Source: Candidatus Cloacimonadales bacterium (GTDB lineage Bacteria > Cloacimonadota > Cloacimonadia > Cloacimonadales > JAFGVF01). From it: a stretch of DNA of 64,000 nucleotides. The notes beneath the pieces are model-generated. The model was given only the letters and a program-made list of their open reading frames with translations, searched no databases and was not told where the DNA came from. Below are positions 10,645 through 20,383 of the stretch, one piece after another (position 1 is the stretch's first letter; each line of letters begins with the position of its first letter). A program made the translations under genes and the position numbers. The stretch is taken from assembly GCA_963662585.1 (NCBI GenBank), contig OY759729.1, positions 1,792,001-1,856,000 on the forward strand. Direction: 5' to 3'.

Positions 10645-11277
10645 ATGGATGATTTTAAAAAAGTACTAATATTAGCACCACATACAGATGATGGGGAGTT
10701 CGGTTGTGGAGGCACTATTGCTAAGCTTATAGAGCAAGGGGCAGATGTCTACTATGCTGCTTTTTCTCTTGCAGAGGAATCGGTTCCTGAGGGGTTCCCA
10801 AAGAATATTCTTGAGACTGAGGTAAAGTTAGCAACAGAAATATTAGGAATTAAACCCGAAAATTTATTGATTTACCGATATCGTGTAAGGAGATTTGCTC
10901 AATATCGTCAAGAGATATTGGAAGATTTAGTTAAACTAAGTAGAGATTTAGCCCCAGATTTAGTCTTCTTACCTTCTACCAATGATTTACATCAAGATCA
11001 TAGCACTATTGCTATAGAAGGAATTAGAGCATTTAAAAAGACAAGTATATTATCTTATGAAATTCCTTGGAACAATTTGAACTTTTCAACTCAGCTATTT
11101 GTCAAAATAACCGACAATCACCTTAAGAAAAAAATTGAAGCATTAAAAGCTTATGAATCTCAATATCATAGATCATACGCATCCGAAGAATTTATAAAGA
11201 GCTTAGCTGTTACTAGAGGAACACAAATAGGCACAAAATATGCTGAAATTTTTGAAGTAATTAGATGGATACTATAG
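10645..11277 (+). CDS. PIG-L/LmbE family N-deacetylase
   Basis: APHTDDGEFGCGG and HQDH zinc-binding motifs. Confidence 0.9.
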   Translation: MDDFKKVLILAPHTDDGEFGCGGTIAKLIEQGADVYYAAFSLAEESVPEGFPKNILETEVKLATEILGIKPENLLIYRYRVRRFAQYRQEILEDLVKLSRDLAPDLVFLPSTNDLHQDHSTIAIEGIRAFKKTSILSYEIPWNNLNFSTQLFVKITDNHLKKKIEALKAYESQYHRSYASEEFIKSLAVTRGTQIGTKYAEIFEVIRWIL

Positions 11278-11287
11278 GATTAAGAAC

Positions 11288-12124
11288 ATGAAATATGAGA
11301 ATAAAGAAAAAAATATTAAAATTTATGCTGAAGATATTGAAATTGGAGAGAATGTTAAGTTTGGGGATAATATAAATATTAAAATTAACGGGAAATTTAA
11401 GATAGGTAATCACTCAAGATTAGGTTCTAATACAAAAATTACAGGAAATAATATCATTTTAGGAGAACATTTATTTAATAGCAGTGGATTAATTATTGGG
11501 GGAGGTGGAAGATATCATCCAAATGCTAATTTAACAATCGGTGATAGATGTACAATTCATAATAACTTTATCAATGTTTGCGAGGATATCATTATTGGTA
11601 ATGATGTTGGGCTTTCTCCAGATGTATCTATCCTGTCTCATGGATATTGGTTATCTGTTTTAGAAGGATATCCTGCAAAATTTTCTGGTGTAAAAATTGG
11701 AAATTCTGTCATAGTTGGTTATAGAAGTCTTATAATGATGGGTGTTAGTATAGCTAATGAGGTTGTTGTAGGAGCTTCTTCTGTAGTAACAAAATCAATA
11801 GATAAAAAAGGAATTTATGCAGGTAATCCTGCAAGATTTTTAAAAGAAATAAAACCGTTGACTGAAAATGAAAGTATAGAAAAAGTACAGCAAATTGTGA
11901 TTGAATATAAGAAAATTGCAAAATATCATAATATTACTCCTAAAATAAAAATTGATTACCCACTAATATATGTTAATGATTTGTGCATCAATGTTATTAC
12001 TCAATCCCACGAAGGTACAGAAGATAACGAAACAGATGATTTTAGAGATTATGTGAGAAAATGGGGTATAAGGATTTATACTAGCAGAGGCTTTAAATCA
12101 ATTTTACCTGAAAGGTTAAGGTAG
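11288..12124 (+). CDS. Hexapeptide-repeat acyltransferase
   Basis: Left-handed beta-helix repeats; VGASSVVTK and YAGNPAR C-terminal signature. Confidence 0.85.
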   Translation: MKYENKEKNIKIYAEDIEIGENVKFGDNINIKINGKFKIGNHSRLGSNTKITGNNIILGEHLFNSSGLIIGGGGRYHPNANLTIGDRCTIHNNFINVCEDIIIGNDVGLSPDVSILSHGYWLSVLEGYPAKFSGVKIGNSVIVGYRSLIMMGVSIANEVVVGASSVVTKSIDKKGIYAGNPARFLKEIKPLTENESIEKVQQIVIEYKKIAKYHNITPKIKIDYPLIYVNDLCINVITQSHEGTEDNETDDFRDYVRKWGIRIYTSRGFKSILPERLR

Positions 12125-12133
12125 GTAATAGAT

Positions 12134-13126
12134 ATGAAACAAATGGTTAGAAATGTAAAAATTATTGGTACTGGGTCTTATGTACCAGAAAATATATATA
12201 CAAATGAATATTTAGAGACATTGGTGGATACTAATTCTGAATGGATTTATAAAACTCTAGGTATTAAAGAGAGAAGAATTGCCTCAAAAGATGAAGCAAC
12301 TAGTGATTTAGCATGGAAGGCTGGAAATAGAGCAATTGAAAATGCTAGATTAACTGTTGACGATATCCAGTTAATAATTGTTGCTACCTCCACACCTGAT
12401 AGATTAGCTCCTTCCACTGCAGCCTTTGTTCAATACAAATTGCAGGCTTTTAATGCTGTTGCATTTGATATAGCTGCTGTGTGTTCAGGCTTCTTATACG
12501 GTATGTCTGTTGCTTCTCAATATGTAGCTTCAGGAGTTTATGATAATGTTCTTGTAATTGGTGCTGACACTTTTTCTAAAATAACTGATTGGACAAGAAG
12601 AGATAGTGTCTTTTTTGGTGATGGAGCTGGGGCGGCTGTAGTAACTCATTGTGATTCAGATTCAGGATTTCTGGCCTACAGATTATATACTGATAGTCGC
12701 GGGAGATACCATTTTACAGTACCTGCTGGTGGTTCTGAACAACCAGCAAGTAAAGAAACCGTAAAAAAAGGACTTCACTATTTTCAAATGGATGGAGGAG
12801 AGGTTTATAGAACAGCTACTCAAGTCTTACCTCAAGCAATTAATCAAGTTTTAGAAGATACAGGTTTAACAATTGATGATATTGACTTGATGATACCTCA
12901 TCAACCAAGTATAGGAATTTTGAAAAAGACTGCCGAAATTATAGGACTTCCTTTTGAAAAAGTCATGACTTCAATGGATAGATATGCCAATACATCTGGT
13001 GGAACAGTTCCTATAATGTTAGATGAAGTTAATAGAGCGGGAAAACTTAAACCTGGAATGAATATTCTTTTTGCAGCTGTTGGAAGTGGTTGGACCTATG
13101 GAGCTTCAATAATTAAGTGGGGATAG
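12134..13126 (+). CDS. fabH: Beta-ketoacyl-ACP synthase III
   Basis: AVCSGF (Cys), FGDGAGA, PHQPS (His), YANTS (Asn) triad. Confidence 0.92.
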   Translation: MKQMVRNVKIIGTGSYVPENIYTNEYLETLVDTNSEWIYKTLGIKERRIASKDEATSDLAWKAGNRAIENARLTVDDIQLIIVATSTPDRLAPSTAAFVQYKLQAFNAVAFDIAAVCSGFLYGMSVASQYVASGVYDNVLVIGADTFSKITDWTRRDSVFFGDGAGAAVVTHCDSDSGFLAYRLYTDSRGRYHFTVPAGGSEQPASKETVKKGLHYFQMDGGEVYRTATQVLPQAINQVLEDTGLTIDDIDLMIPHQPSIGILKKTAEIIGLPFEKVMTSMDRYANTSGGTVPIMLDEVNRAGKLKPGMNILFAAVGSGWTYGASIIKWG

Positions 13127-13127
13127 G

Positions 13128-13808
13128 ATGATAATTATTACTGGAGCATCTAAAGGGATTGGTAACTATTTAACAAAGAAATTTATGGAGGAGGGTGAAG
13201 AGGTTTTTGGTACCTATAATACCACTATTCCTAATAACATAAATAATGAACTATTAACTAAAGTAGATGTTAGTGATTATTCTTCTGTTGAGAAATGGAT
13301 TCATTCACTGACAAATAAAAAAAATTTAGTCTTAATTAATTGTGCAGGTATAAACTATAACTGCTTTGCTCATAAATGTGATATTGATAAGTGGGTTGAA
13401 GTTATTAATACAAATTTGATTGGTTCTTTTAATACTATTAGGTCTATTCTTCCCTATATGAGGCAAGAAAGCTTTGGTAGAATAATTAACTTCTCTTCTA
13501 TTGTAGCACAAACAGGTGCAATGGGAGCTTCTGCTTATGGAGCTTCGAAAGCTGGTTTATGGGGACTTACTAAATCCTTAGCTAAAGAAAATGGGAATAA
13601 AAACATCACTATTAATAATTTGAATATTGGATATTTTAATATTGGTATAATCTCTGAAGTTCCTGATAATTACCAAGATTACCTAAAAACACAAATACCA
13701 TCAGCAAAATTTGGTGATCCTGAAGAGATATTTAAAATAGTTAAATACCTGATTGATAGTGAATATGTTAATGGAACTTCGATTGATATAAATGGTGGAT
13801 TGTATTAA
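13128..13808 (+). CDS. SDR family oxidoreductase (FabG/PhbB-like)
   Basis: TGASKGIG, NCAG, YGASK, NGG C-terminus. Confidence 0.88.
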   Translation: MIIITGASKGIGNYLTKKFMEEGEEVFGTYNTTIPNNINNELLTKVDVSDYSSVEKWIHSLTNKKNLVLINCAGINYNCFAHKCDIDKWVEVINTNLIGSFNTIRSILPYMRQESFGRIINFSSIVAQTGAMGASAYGASKAGLWGLTKSLAKENGNKNITINNLNIGYFNIGIISEVPDNYQDYLKTQIPSAKFGDPEEIFKIVKYLIDSEYVNGTSIDINGGLY

Positions 13809-13819
13809 GAACTTAAGAT

Positions 13820-14190
13820 TTACCACTAAGTCACAAAAGTCACTAAGAAGAAAGAATTTTTTAGCCACGAATGAACACAAATTAACACGAATAATTTAAG
13901 ACAAGGTGAATAAGAATTTTTACCACAAAGGCACAAAAGACACAAATAAAATGAAAAGAAGAATGTTGAATTGTTTAGGTGTTTAAAATTTTCAAAAAAA
14001 ATAGTTATTGAAATCACCCCCTGTGTCCCCCTTGAGGCGTCGCACAAGGCTATGGAAGGGGATTTAAGAGATTTATTATGGAAGCAGGGACGCTTCCATT
14101 CCATAGGAATCACCCCTTGTGTCCCCCTCATGGAAGGGGATTTTAAGAGTTTAGGAATTAAGTTCTAGCCACAAATTAACACAAATAAGA
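13820..14190. repeat. Mosaic of REP-like modules
   Basis: TTTTAGCCACGAATGAACACAAATTAACACGAAT; CCCCCTGTGTCCCCCT...GGAAGGGGA twice; TGGAAGCAGGGACGCTTCCA hairpin; all recur elsewhere in the window. Confidence 0.85.
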
Positions 14191-14254
14191 AAAAACAATA
14201 AGAGTTTTATCAGTCTATTACTTTAAATTAAAGGATGATATTACAGGTAAAAAT

Positions 14255-14677
14255 ATGCCAAACACAACAATAGACAAAATCAGAAAAGCCTTTAATGCAA
14301 CTAAGAAGCCTGAAAAGATTAATGAATCTTTAGCAAAAGCTAAATCTATATTCGAGGAAAGTCTAAAAGAGCAATTTGTCAGGTGTGAAAAGATAGATTT
14401 CAATGATGTGGTTTTGTATGAGTATAAATCTTTTTCTAGTTCAGGATGTTATCTCTGTAATGAAAGTACTTTTGTTTTGTTGAATGTTAAAGCTCATCCT
14501 AATTTTGTGAATTACTGGAAGATTAAAACCGATGGCCTGGCAGAAAAGATTGAGAATGCGATTGTGTTTTTTGAGAAAGGGAGTCATGGTGTGTCTGAAG
14601 TAGTGTTATCGAAGTATGAGATTGAGAAAAGAAGGGGCTTGCTGAAGCAAGAATTAAAAGATAAAAATGAAAAGTGA
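14255..14677 (+). CDS. Hypothetical protein
   Basis: 140-aa ORF with AGGT upstream; no recognisable motif. Confidence 0.55.
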   Translation: MPNTTIDKIRKAFNATKKPEKINESLAKAKSIFEESLKEQFVRCEKIDFNDVVLYEYKSFSSSGCYLCNESTFVLLNVKAHPNFVNYWKIKTDGLAEKIENAIVFFEKGSHGVSEVVLSKYEIEKRRGLLKQELKDKNEK

Positions 14678-14719
14678 AAAGTTGTGGTATTGCCTTGCAA
14701 TGATGATCTGAAGAAGAAA

Positions 14720-15040
14720 GAAGTTTTAGCCACTAATGAACACAAATTAACACGAATAATTTAAGACAGGGTGTAATAGTGACGGGGAGACATAGAGACA
14801 AGGCGATTAAGAGATTTAATTATTTAAGAGTTTATAAATTTAAAAATAAGAATAGAACACAGTATACTCAGAGTGGACAGATTAATAAGATAGAGTGACG
14901 GGGATTTTAAGAATTTTTATGGAATCACCCCTGTATCCCCCTCATGGAAGGGGATTTTAAGAGTTTTATTATGGAAGCAGGGACGCTTCCATTCCATAGG
15001 AATCACCCACTGTGTCCCCCTCGTGGAAGGGGATTTTAAA
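14720..15040. repeat. Mosaic of REP-like modules, direct repeats of those at 13858-14150
   Basis: 14724-14772 matches ~13858-13908; ~14940-15038 matches ~14050-14146. Confidence 0.85.
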
Positions 15041-15145
15041 ACTTTTTTCAACTTTTTTTTCAAAAGTGGACCATTTTCAGAAAAAGTGGGCCCTATAAGT
15101 ATATGAAGGGTTAATAACCTTAATACTTAAAAAGGAGAAACCATT

Positions 15146-15514
15146 ATGAGTTTCCAAAAAAAAGAAAATTTAGTAGCAGTTAATGAAGAGTGTCCAGTGT
15201 TAGCAAAGGAAAGACAGAAGAAAAAAGAAGTGTGTGAATATTTAGCATTAGTCTCCAATTTATTATTACTTGTAGATGATTTCACAGAAGAATATCTAGC
15301 TGATATGAAACAATTAAGGTTTGAAGTAGAACATTATTTATACAAAGGTATTAAAAATTTAGATCCTGATTTTCCTTGGGATGATCCTTTTTGCAAAGTA
15401 GGATCTGGAGAAACAAATAACGAAGATGTTCCTGAAGGGATGTATGAAATACTTAAAGAATATCTTGAAGAAGAAGAAATAATAGCTAATAAGCAATTAG
15501 CTTCTCCCTGTTAA
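15146..15514 (+). CDS. Acidic hypothetical protein
   Basis: Strong AAGGAG RBS, 122 aa, followed by a terminator. Confidence 0.7.
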   Translation: MSFQKKENLVAVNEECPVLAKERQKKKEVCEYLALVSNLLLLVDDFTEEYLADMKQLRFEVEHYLYKGIKNLDPDFPWDDPFCKVGSGETNNEDVPEGMYEILKEYLEEEEIIANKQLASPC

Positions 15515-15577
15515 TACAATAGATTCTTAGTCTCAATGTCGTGGTTTATAAAATTTAATTAGTTTGGCCTCCTTTAC

Positions 15578-15615
15578 ACTGCCGAATAAGTATTTCTTGT
15601 TCGGCAGTTTTTTTT
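15578..15615 (+). terminator. Rho-independent terminator
   Basis: ACTGCCGAA...TTCGGCAGT stem followed by a T tract. Confidence 0.8.
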
Positions 15616-15640
15616 AATCTGAAAAGAACAAGATCTTTCA

Positions 15641-16113
15641 CACGAATTAACACAAATTAAAGACGAATTTCACAAATTAAGAGAAAGAAAAGAAAAATCC
15701 TTAACACAGAGTTGTACAGAGGTTAAGAGGAGTTTCACAGAGTTTTGTAGGGTGCAAGTCATTATTCGCCATCTTAAATGAAGTTTTAACCACAAATGAA
15801 CATTAATAATTAAGACAAAGTGATGGAGTGTCGGAGAGACAAGGAGAATAAGAGTTTTCACCACTTAGACACAAAGGCACTAAGAAGAGAAAGAATATAA
15901 AAGTGAAAAATGAAAAGTTAAAGAAGTTTTAGCCACGAATGAATACAAATTAAAGACGAATTTCACAAATTAAGAGAAAGAAAAGAAAAATCCTTAACAC
16001 AGAGTTGTACAGAGGTTAAGAGGAGTTTCACAGAGTTTTGTAGGGTGCAAGTCATTATTCGCCCTCTTAAATGAAGTTTTAACCACAAATAAACACGAAT
16101 AATTAAGACAAAG
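15641..16113. repeat. Two ~180-bp direct repeats 293 bp apart, carrying orphan CACAGAG-family repeats
   Basis: 15641-15820 versus 15934-16113 are near-identical. Confidence 0.9.
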
Positions 16114-16251
16114 ACTAAGTGAAGGAGTGACGGAGAGAATTTTTATTACTAATTTGTTTTCATCATTAGTGGAATGTATTTTTTGTGTCTTAGTGTCTTT
16201 GTGGTGATAAATATTCTTGGACTCCCCTCTTATGGAAAGGGGATTTATATG

Positions 16252-16297
16252 AAAAGACTGATTAATAGGTAAAAGCCTAATAATCAGTCTTTTTTTT
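16252..16297. terminator. Hairpin/terminator, possibly bidirectional
   Basis: AAAAGACTGATTA...TAATCAGTCTTTT plus a T tract. Confidence 0.65.
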
Positions 16298-16370
16298 ATT
16301 GACAAGTTTATTGACTATAGAATAGTTAAGAAGAGAGGATTTAAGATAGAAGCGGAATATGATAATGAAG

Positions 16371-16510
16371 CACCCCCTGTGTCCCTCTTGAGGTGTCGCA
16401 CAAGGCTATGCCCTCACAGGCTATGAGGGGAATTTTAAGAGATTTATGGAAGCAGAGACGCTTTCATTCCATAGGAAACACCCCCTGTGTCCCCCTCGTA
16501 GAGGGGGATA
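16371..16510. repeat. CCCCCTGTGTCCCCCT / GGAAGCAGAGACGCTT repeat module
   Basis: Homologous to 14012-14150 and 14921-15038. Confidence 0.8.
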
Positions 16511-16535
16511 AATAAATTTGAGAGAAGGTAGTGTG

Positions 16536-18143
16536 ATGAAAAAGAAGGTTTGGTATCTTTTATATTTACTGTTGGATATAGGAATAGTTCTTTTTTCTTT
16601 TGCGGTAGTCGCATGGTTAAGGAACGGGACTCGTAAAGTCCTAGTTGTTTATGCTAGACCGGTGATAGGTTTATCTGTCGCATGGGTTATTGCTGGTTTA
16701 ATCGGTGGGAAGTTCTCGATTAAGAATAAACCAAGGTTAAGATCCTTGTGGGCTTCGATTATTAAGAACGATGCAATGGCCATTGCGGTTGTTTTTGGGG
16801 CTATGATCTTCTTCCATAGGTTTGAGTATTCTCGCTATATTACTTTTGGAACTATCGGTTTAACTATTGTTATAGAATTAATTATTTTTGGATTGATGTA
16901 TTTTTCTTTTAGATTTCATAAGGATAATCCTTCTTTTGCTAAAACTACCTTTATTACTAAGTCTAAAAAATTAGAGGAAGAGGGTTCTGCTTATGAGTTA
17001 TCCAAGTTTGAATCTTCCGATAAGGTACCTGAAAGTCCTATTAAGATAGTGAAACATTATTGTTTGGAAGATAAAATTCAGAAGCAATCGATGAAGCAAT
17101 TACTGAAAGATAAATTCCTCCATGATGAAGAGGAAATATTTGAATTTGTTAATAAATATCTTGATCTTGATTGTTTCTGCAAGGATAAGTCTATGGTGAT
17201 TAACAGTCATGCACTTTATAATATTGAGAGCATAGATTCCGGTTCACAAGCTCTGTTTATGAATCTACATAAAGCTAATAATTTTCGAAGAATCAATCAA
17301 TATATCATTCAGGTAAATGAGAATCTTACTCATGGTGGTGTTTTTGTTGGTTGTGTAGAAACAAAAAATCAAAGACGAAGACGCTTCATTAAGACTTATT
17401 CTGTTATTTTTGGTAATATTTTTTATTTTATAGATTTTATTCTACGCCGAGTTTTTCCTAAACTTGCTCTTCTAAAAGGCTTATACTTCGCTATTACTAA
17501 AGGGAAAAACAGAGCTTTTAGTGAAACTGAAATTTTAGGTAGACTCTACTTTTGTGGTTTTGAGCTATTAGCTAAGAGAGAGATTCATGGAATAAACTAC
17601 TTTATTGCAATTAAGACTAAAGAACCCTCTCAAGATGAAAGTCCATCTTATGGTCCGATTATTCAGTTAAAACGCAAAGGGAAGAATGGTAAACTTCTCT
17701 ATGTTAATAAATTTAGGACTATGCACCCTTATTCAGAATATCTTCAAGATTATGTTTATAAGACTTGTAGTCTGCAAGAGGGTGGTAAATTTAAAAATGA
17801 TTTCCGGGTTACTCGTTGGGGAAAGGTATTCCGTAAATTATGGATTGATGAGCTTCCTCAATTTATTAACTTCTTTAAAGGTGAACTTAATTTAGTTGGT
17901 GTCAGAGCTCTTAGTGAACATTACTTTAGTCTTTATCCGGAAGATGTAAGAGTGCTTAGGGTTCAGGTTAAACCAGGCTTATTGCCTCCATTTTATGCAG
18001 ATATGCCGAAGACATTTGAAGAGATTGTTGCTTCGGAGAAGAAGTATTTGTTGCAGAAGATAGAGAGACCGGTGTGGACGGATTTTAAGTATTTCTGGTT
18101 GGTATTATGGAATATAATCGTGAAACGAGCTCGAAGTAACTAA
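16536..18143 (+). CDS. Sugar transferase (initiating phosphoglycosyltransferase family) with N-terminal membrane domain
   Basis: KFRTM, DFRVTRWG, LWIDELPQ, LVGVR, VKPGL motifs; four N-terminal TM segments. Confidence 0.88.
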   Translation: MKKKVWYLLYLLLDIGIVLFSFAVVAWLRNGTRKVLVVYARPVIGLSVAWVIAGLIGGKFSIKNKPRLRSLWASIIKNDAMAIAVVFGAMIFFHRFEYSRYITFGTIGLTIVIELIIFGLMYFSFRFHKDNPSFAKTTFITKSKKLEEEGSAYELSKFESSDKVPESPIKIVKHYCLEDKIQKQSMKQLLKDKFLHDEEEIFEFVNKYLDLDCFCKDKSMVINSHALYNIESIDSGSQALFMNLHKANNFRRINQYIIQVNENLTHGGVFVGCVETKNQRRRRFIKTYSVIFGNIFYFIDFILRRVFPKLALLKGLYFAITKGKNRAFSETEILGRLYFCGFELLAKREIHGINYFIAIKTKEPSQDESPSYGPIIQLKRKGKNGKLLYVNKFRTMHPYSEYLQDYVYKTCSLQEGGKFKNDFRVTRWGKVFRKLWIDELPQFINFFKGELNLVGVRALSEHYFSLYPEDVRVLRVQVKPGLLPPFYADMPKTFEEIVASEKKYLLQKIERPVWTDFKYFWLVLWNIIVKRARSN

Positions 18144-18146
18144 GAG

Positions 18147-19298
18147 TCCTTAACACAGAGTTACACAGAGGTCACCACAGAGTTTAACGGAGTTTTAAGA
18201 GAGTTATTATTAATAAGAATGATAGATTAAAAAAGTAGCCAAGAATAAAGATGTCATTTGGAACAGAGACTGGATAAGCTTAAAATCAGAGTTGAAGAGA
18301 GTAAGAAGAAGATTCTTAATTCCTTTAATTTCTTGGATGGTGCAGTGTTAATGATGAAATTTAAATTTAGAAAAAGATCTTTACGTTACAGATGTAAAAT
18401 ACTGTGGGAAATCATGTTCTGTTGTATTGTATTAAACTCTGTGAAACTCCTCTTAAACCTCTGTGTAACTCTGTGTTAAAGGAAAATTATATTAAGTAAA
18501 AGGAGGTTGCTGGTATGTATGAAGAATTAACAGAAAGAATTTTAAACTGTGCTTATAAGGTACATAGTAAGCTTGGTGCTGGTATGTTAGAGTCTGTATA
18601 TCAAAGATGTTTAAGTTACGAACTAACTAAAAATGGTATAAAGAATGAAACAGAAAAAGCAATTCCATTAAAGTATGGAGATATGTTTATTGAAAATGCT
18701 TTTAAGATTGATATCTTAGTTGAAAATTGCGTAATCTTAGAATTGAAATCTGTTGAAAAGTTTAATGAACTGCATCAATCTCAGATATTGAGTTATATGA
18801 AGACAGCTGAGAAAAAAGTAGGCTTGTTGATAAATTTTAATGTGGGTAGTTTGAGGAATGGGATTAAAAGATATAGCTTGTAATTCCTTAATGTAGAGTG
18901 AAGAGAAGATCCTTAACACAGAGTTACACAGAGGTCATCACAGAGTTTCGCAGAGTTTAAGAGAGAAAGAAAGAAGATTCTTATTTTTTTTAATTTATTG
19001 GATGGAGAAGTGTTAGTGATGAAATATAAATATAGAAAAAGATCTTTATGTTAGATTTGTAAAGTACTTTGCGAAATCATGTTTTGTTATATTATATTAA
19101 TCTCTGTGAAACTCTGTGTTAAGGAAAAATAGTTTGAAAAGAATATCCTTGATACAAAGTTTGAAGATACTGGTTAATATAGAAAAGTTACCAAAATTTA
19201 GAGTTTAATTTATAAAAGTGAAGAAGAGCATAATTTATTGTATTATATTAAACTCTGTGAAACTCTGTGGTGACCTCTGTGTAACTCTGTGTTAAGGA
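18147..19298. mobile_element. GxxExxY gene unit with 39-bp perfect terminal inverted repeats and REPIN-like doublets on both sides
   Basis: TCCTTAACACAGAGTTACACAGAGGTCACCACAGAGTTT at 18147-18185 and its exact reverse complement at 19260-19298; internal copies at 18434-18479, 18911-18960, 19102-19124. Confidence 0.7.
18515..18883 (+). CDS. GxxExxY protein (PD-(D/E)XK-like)
   Basis: GMLESVY motif, DILVE..ILELK, QILSYMK..GLLINF; AGGAGG RBS. Confidence 0.92.
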   Translation: MYEELTERILNCAYKVHSKLGAGMLESVYQRCLSYELTKNGIKNETEKAIPLKYGDMFIENAFKIDILVENCVILELKSVEKFNELHQSQILSYMKTAEKKVGLLINFNVGSLRNGIKRYSL

Positions 19299-19327
19299 AA
19301 AATAGTGAGTAAGTATTAGGAGAAAAG

Positions 19328-20383
19328 ATGAAGATTTTAATAACAGGTACAGCCGGATTTATCGGCTTTCATTTAGCAAACAGGTTGCTCAAAGAGCAAG
19401 ATGTTGAGATAGTAGGATTAGATGTAATTAATGATTATTATGATTTGAGAGTAAAGTATGGTAGATTAGCTGAAGATGGTTTTCCTCTCCAGAACATTCG
19501 TTATGGCGAGATTATTCAGAGTGAGAAGCATGCTAACTACAGATTTATAAAATTAGATTTATGTGATAGAGCTAAACTCTACAAACTTTTTCAAAATGAG
19601 GAGTTTGATGTCGTAGTAAATTTGGCTGCACAGGCTGGAGTCCGCTATAGTATTACCAATCCTGATGCTTATTTAGAGAGTAATATTATTGGTTTCTTTA
19701 ATATTTTAGAAGCATCGCGTCAGAATAAAATTAAGCATTTAGTTTATGCTAGTTCTTCTAGTGTTTATGGTTGGAACGACAAGCTTCCTTTCTGTACCAC
19801 TGATAATGTGGATCATCCTATTTCACTTTATGCAGCCAGTAAGAAATCTAATGAATTATTAGCTCATTCTTATAGTGCTTTGTATGATATTCCTACAACA
19901 GGTCTAAGATTCTTTACAGTCTATGGTCCATGGGGCAGACCTGATATGGCTCTATTCCTTTTTGCCAAAGCAATTGCTGAAGGAAAGCCGATTGATGTCT
20001 TTAATCATGGTAAAATGAAACGCGACTTTACTTACATTGATGATATTGTAGAAGGTATAAAACGCGTGATTTATCATCCTGCCCAGCCAATGCCAGGCTG
20101 GAGTGGTGAAAATCCTACTCCAGGAGCTTCAAAAGCACCATATAAGATCTATAACATAGGAAATAACGATACTGTATTGCTAATGGATTTCATCGAAGCT
20201 ATTGAGGAAGAAATGGGCAAGAAAGCCATTAAGAATATGTTGCCACTTCAACCAGGGGATGTTCCTGCTTCTCATGCCGATGTTACTGATTTAGTTGAAG
20301 ATCTAGGTTACAGACCTAATACTCCTATTAGGGAAGGGGTGAAGAAGTTTATTGAGTGGTACAAGAATTTCTACAGAATTTGA
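19328..20383 (+). CDS. NAD-dependent epimerase (UDP-glucuronate 4-epimerase type)
   Basis: TGTAGFIG, NLAAQAGVRYS, YAASKK, LRFFTVYGPWGRPDMA. Confidence 0.92.
   Translation: MKILITGTAGFIGFHLANRLLKEQDVEIVGLDVINDYYDLRVKYGRLAEDGFPLQNIRYGEIIQSEKHANYRFIKLDLCDRAKLYKLFQNEEFDVVVNLAAQAGVRYSITNPDAYLESNIIGFFNILEASRQNKIKHLVYASSSSVYGWNDKLPFCTTDNVDHPISLYAASKKSNELLAHSYSALYDIPTTGLRFFTVYGPWGRPDMALFLFAKAIAEGKPIDVFNHGKMKRDFTYIDDIVEGIKRVIYHPAQPMPGWSGENPTPGASKAPYKIYNIGNNDTVLLMDFIEAIEEEMGKKAIKNMLPLQPGDVPASHADVTDLVEDLGYRPNTPIREGVKKFIEWYKNFYRI

Noticed and set aside
13826..16305. Short ORFs 13826-14131, 13971-14168, 15670-15864 and 15994-16305
   Set aside because: Low-complexity translations of repeat words (LCLLCLCG, ICVHSWL, ITPCVPL)
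18258..18479. 73-aa ORF upstream of GxxExxY
   Set aside because: It lies within the repeat doublet, has a TTG start and ends in repeat-derived sequence
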